Shown here: one piece after another, positions 63,202 to 64,000 of the stretch | Numbering within the stretch: the first letter of the stretch is position 1 | Layout: each line of letters opens with the position of its first letter | The notes under the pieces: generated by a model | What the model was told of the DNA's origin: nothing | Seen by the model: only the letters and a program-made list of their open reading frames with translations | Databases searched by the model: none | Program-made: the position numbers and the translations under genes | Origin: Amphiscolops sp. MND2022 | Lineage: Eukaryota | Assembly: GCA_964187785.1 (NCBI GenBank) | Contig: OZ076409.1 | Span: 99,574,001 to 99,638,000 of the forward strand | DNA length: 64,000 bases | Direction of reading: 5' to 3'

Positions 63202-63502
63202 TTAATAAATACAAACTGTATCAAAAGAATAATCTCGAAGACCATTAACCACATGGTCTAATCTAGAATACAGTATTGCTTGCACTACATTGTTTTCATC
63301 TGAACATTGCCAGCTATAACACAGGCTTTTTGTCGGACGAAAGATATCATGGACATATTCCGTCCCTCTGACTTCTCATAGCAACGAAAAGTATTTCAAA
63401 GGTGAAATTAATCATGAATAATTTTGGTCCCAATGTTATTTGCACTTAAATGAAAATACTGATTCTTCCAAGTGATCGTTAAATAGGGCTAAGCTAATCA
63501 GA

Positions 63503-63790
63503 ATGCAAGAAAGCGAGAAAAGATTGAATACGAAAGTATTAACCGTTCACGAGCCTGTGCACAATTTGAGTCAAAGTGAACAAGTTGCCAAATTACCAGA
63601 AAGCAAATTAATGGCGTGTCGAAACGATTTGGCAAATTCTAGAATTAGCCGGTTCTATGTCCAGGCCAATTACGAAGCGGATAAAACTATCCAAAAGGTA
63701 ATAAAGCTTGTTAAAGAGCGAAACGCGACTGTAGTTTCCCGTCTTCCCCCTCCCTGGAGGGAAAAATTTAACGCATTCAGCATCGACATT
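63503..63790 (+). pseudogene. Gypsy pol fragment related to element D
   Basis: YEADKTIQKV..SRLPPPWREKF matches YETDEFIQKI..NRLPTPWREKF. Confidence 0.75.
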
Positions 63791-64000
63791 CAGGTAGTTG
63801 TTTTCTTACAGTTTAAGATATGTATATGGTTTCCACGACACATGTATAATGATATGGTCCTACTTTCCACAGTCGCTTTCGTGGCCATCGAACAGTGAAT
63901 GCTATTTTGGTGGAATCCAGGACAATATGCTCAAATTGGTGGAAACCAGGACAATACAGTCAGATTTAAATATTGACGTACTACCCCCTTTGGTAGTTGT

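Larger units (their letters stand above)
58276..63321 (+). mobile_element. Internally deleted Ty3/Gypsy D (Mag-like) with nested insertions
   Basis: LTRs 58276-58467 and 62359-63321, 5-bp TSD CAGGC, PBS TGGCGCTGCGA at 58468, PPT; gag, RT and RH fragments plus integrase. Confidence 0.93.

Overview
Repeat-dense eukaryotic (probably invertebrate animal) genomic DNA made almost entirely of nested transposable elements. The centrepiece is a full-length, recently inserted 18.9-kb Ty3/Gypsy LTR retrotransposon (12894-31756; 732-bp LTRs with 3 visible differences). Its ~3,100-aa Gag-Pol has an unusual layout: Gag with two CCHC knuckles, a degenerate protease-like copy, an active protease, a dUTPase-like spacer, RT, RNase H, integrase, an AT-hook, a Cys motif and two tandem TARG1/Poa1p-like macrodomains. 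A ~1,436-codon extra ORF follows in the env position and contains an SGNH-hydrolase-like fold. A truncated relative on the minus strand (52177-~56020) keeps the AT-hook/Cys/macro-macro tail but lacks the extra ORF. Also present: an A-rich Gypsy with an RS-rich Gag (1-8260) inserted into a Tigger/pogo remnant; a deleted Gypsy (58276-63321) carrying nested insertions; two hAT derivatives; Mutator/Merlin- and CCC-ended MITEs; several Helentron/DINE-1-like elements; and local tandem duplications. Exons of a probable host gene (ShKT-like plus F5/8C/fucolectin-like domains) are scattered through ~33.2-41.7 kb on the minus strand. All domain calls are by-eye motif recognition; no searches were run.
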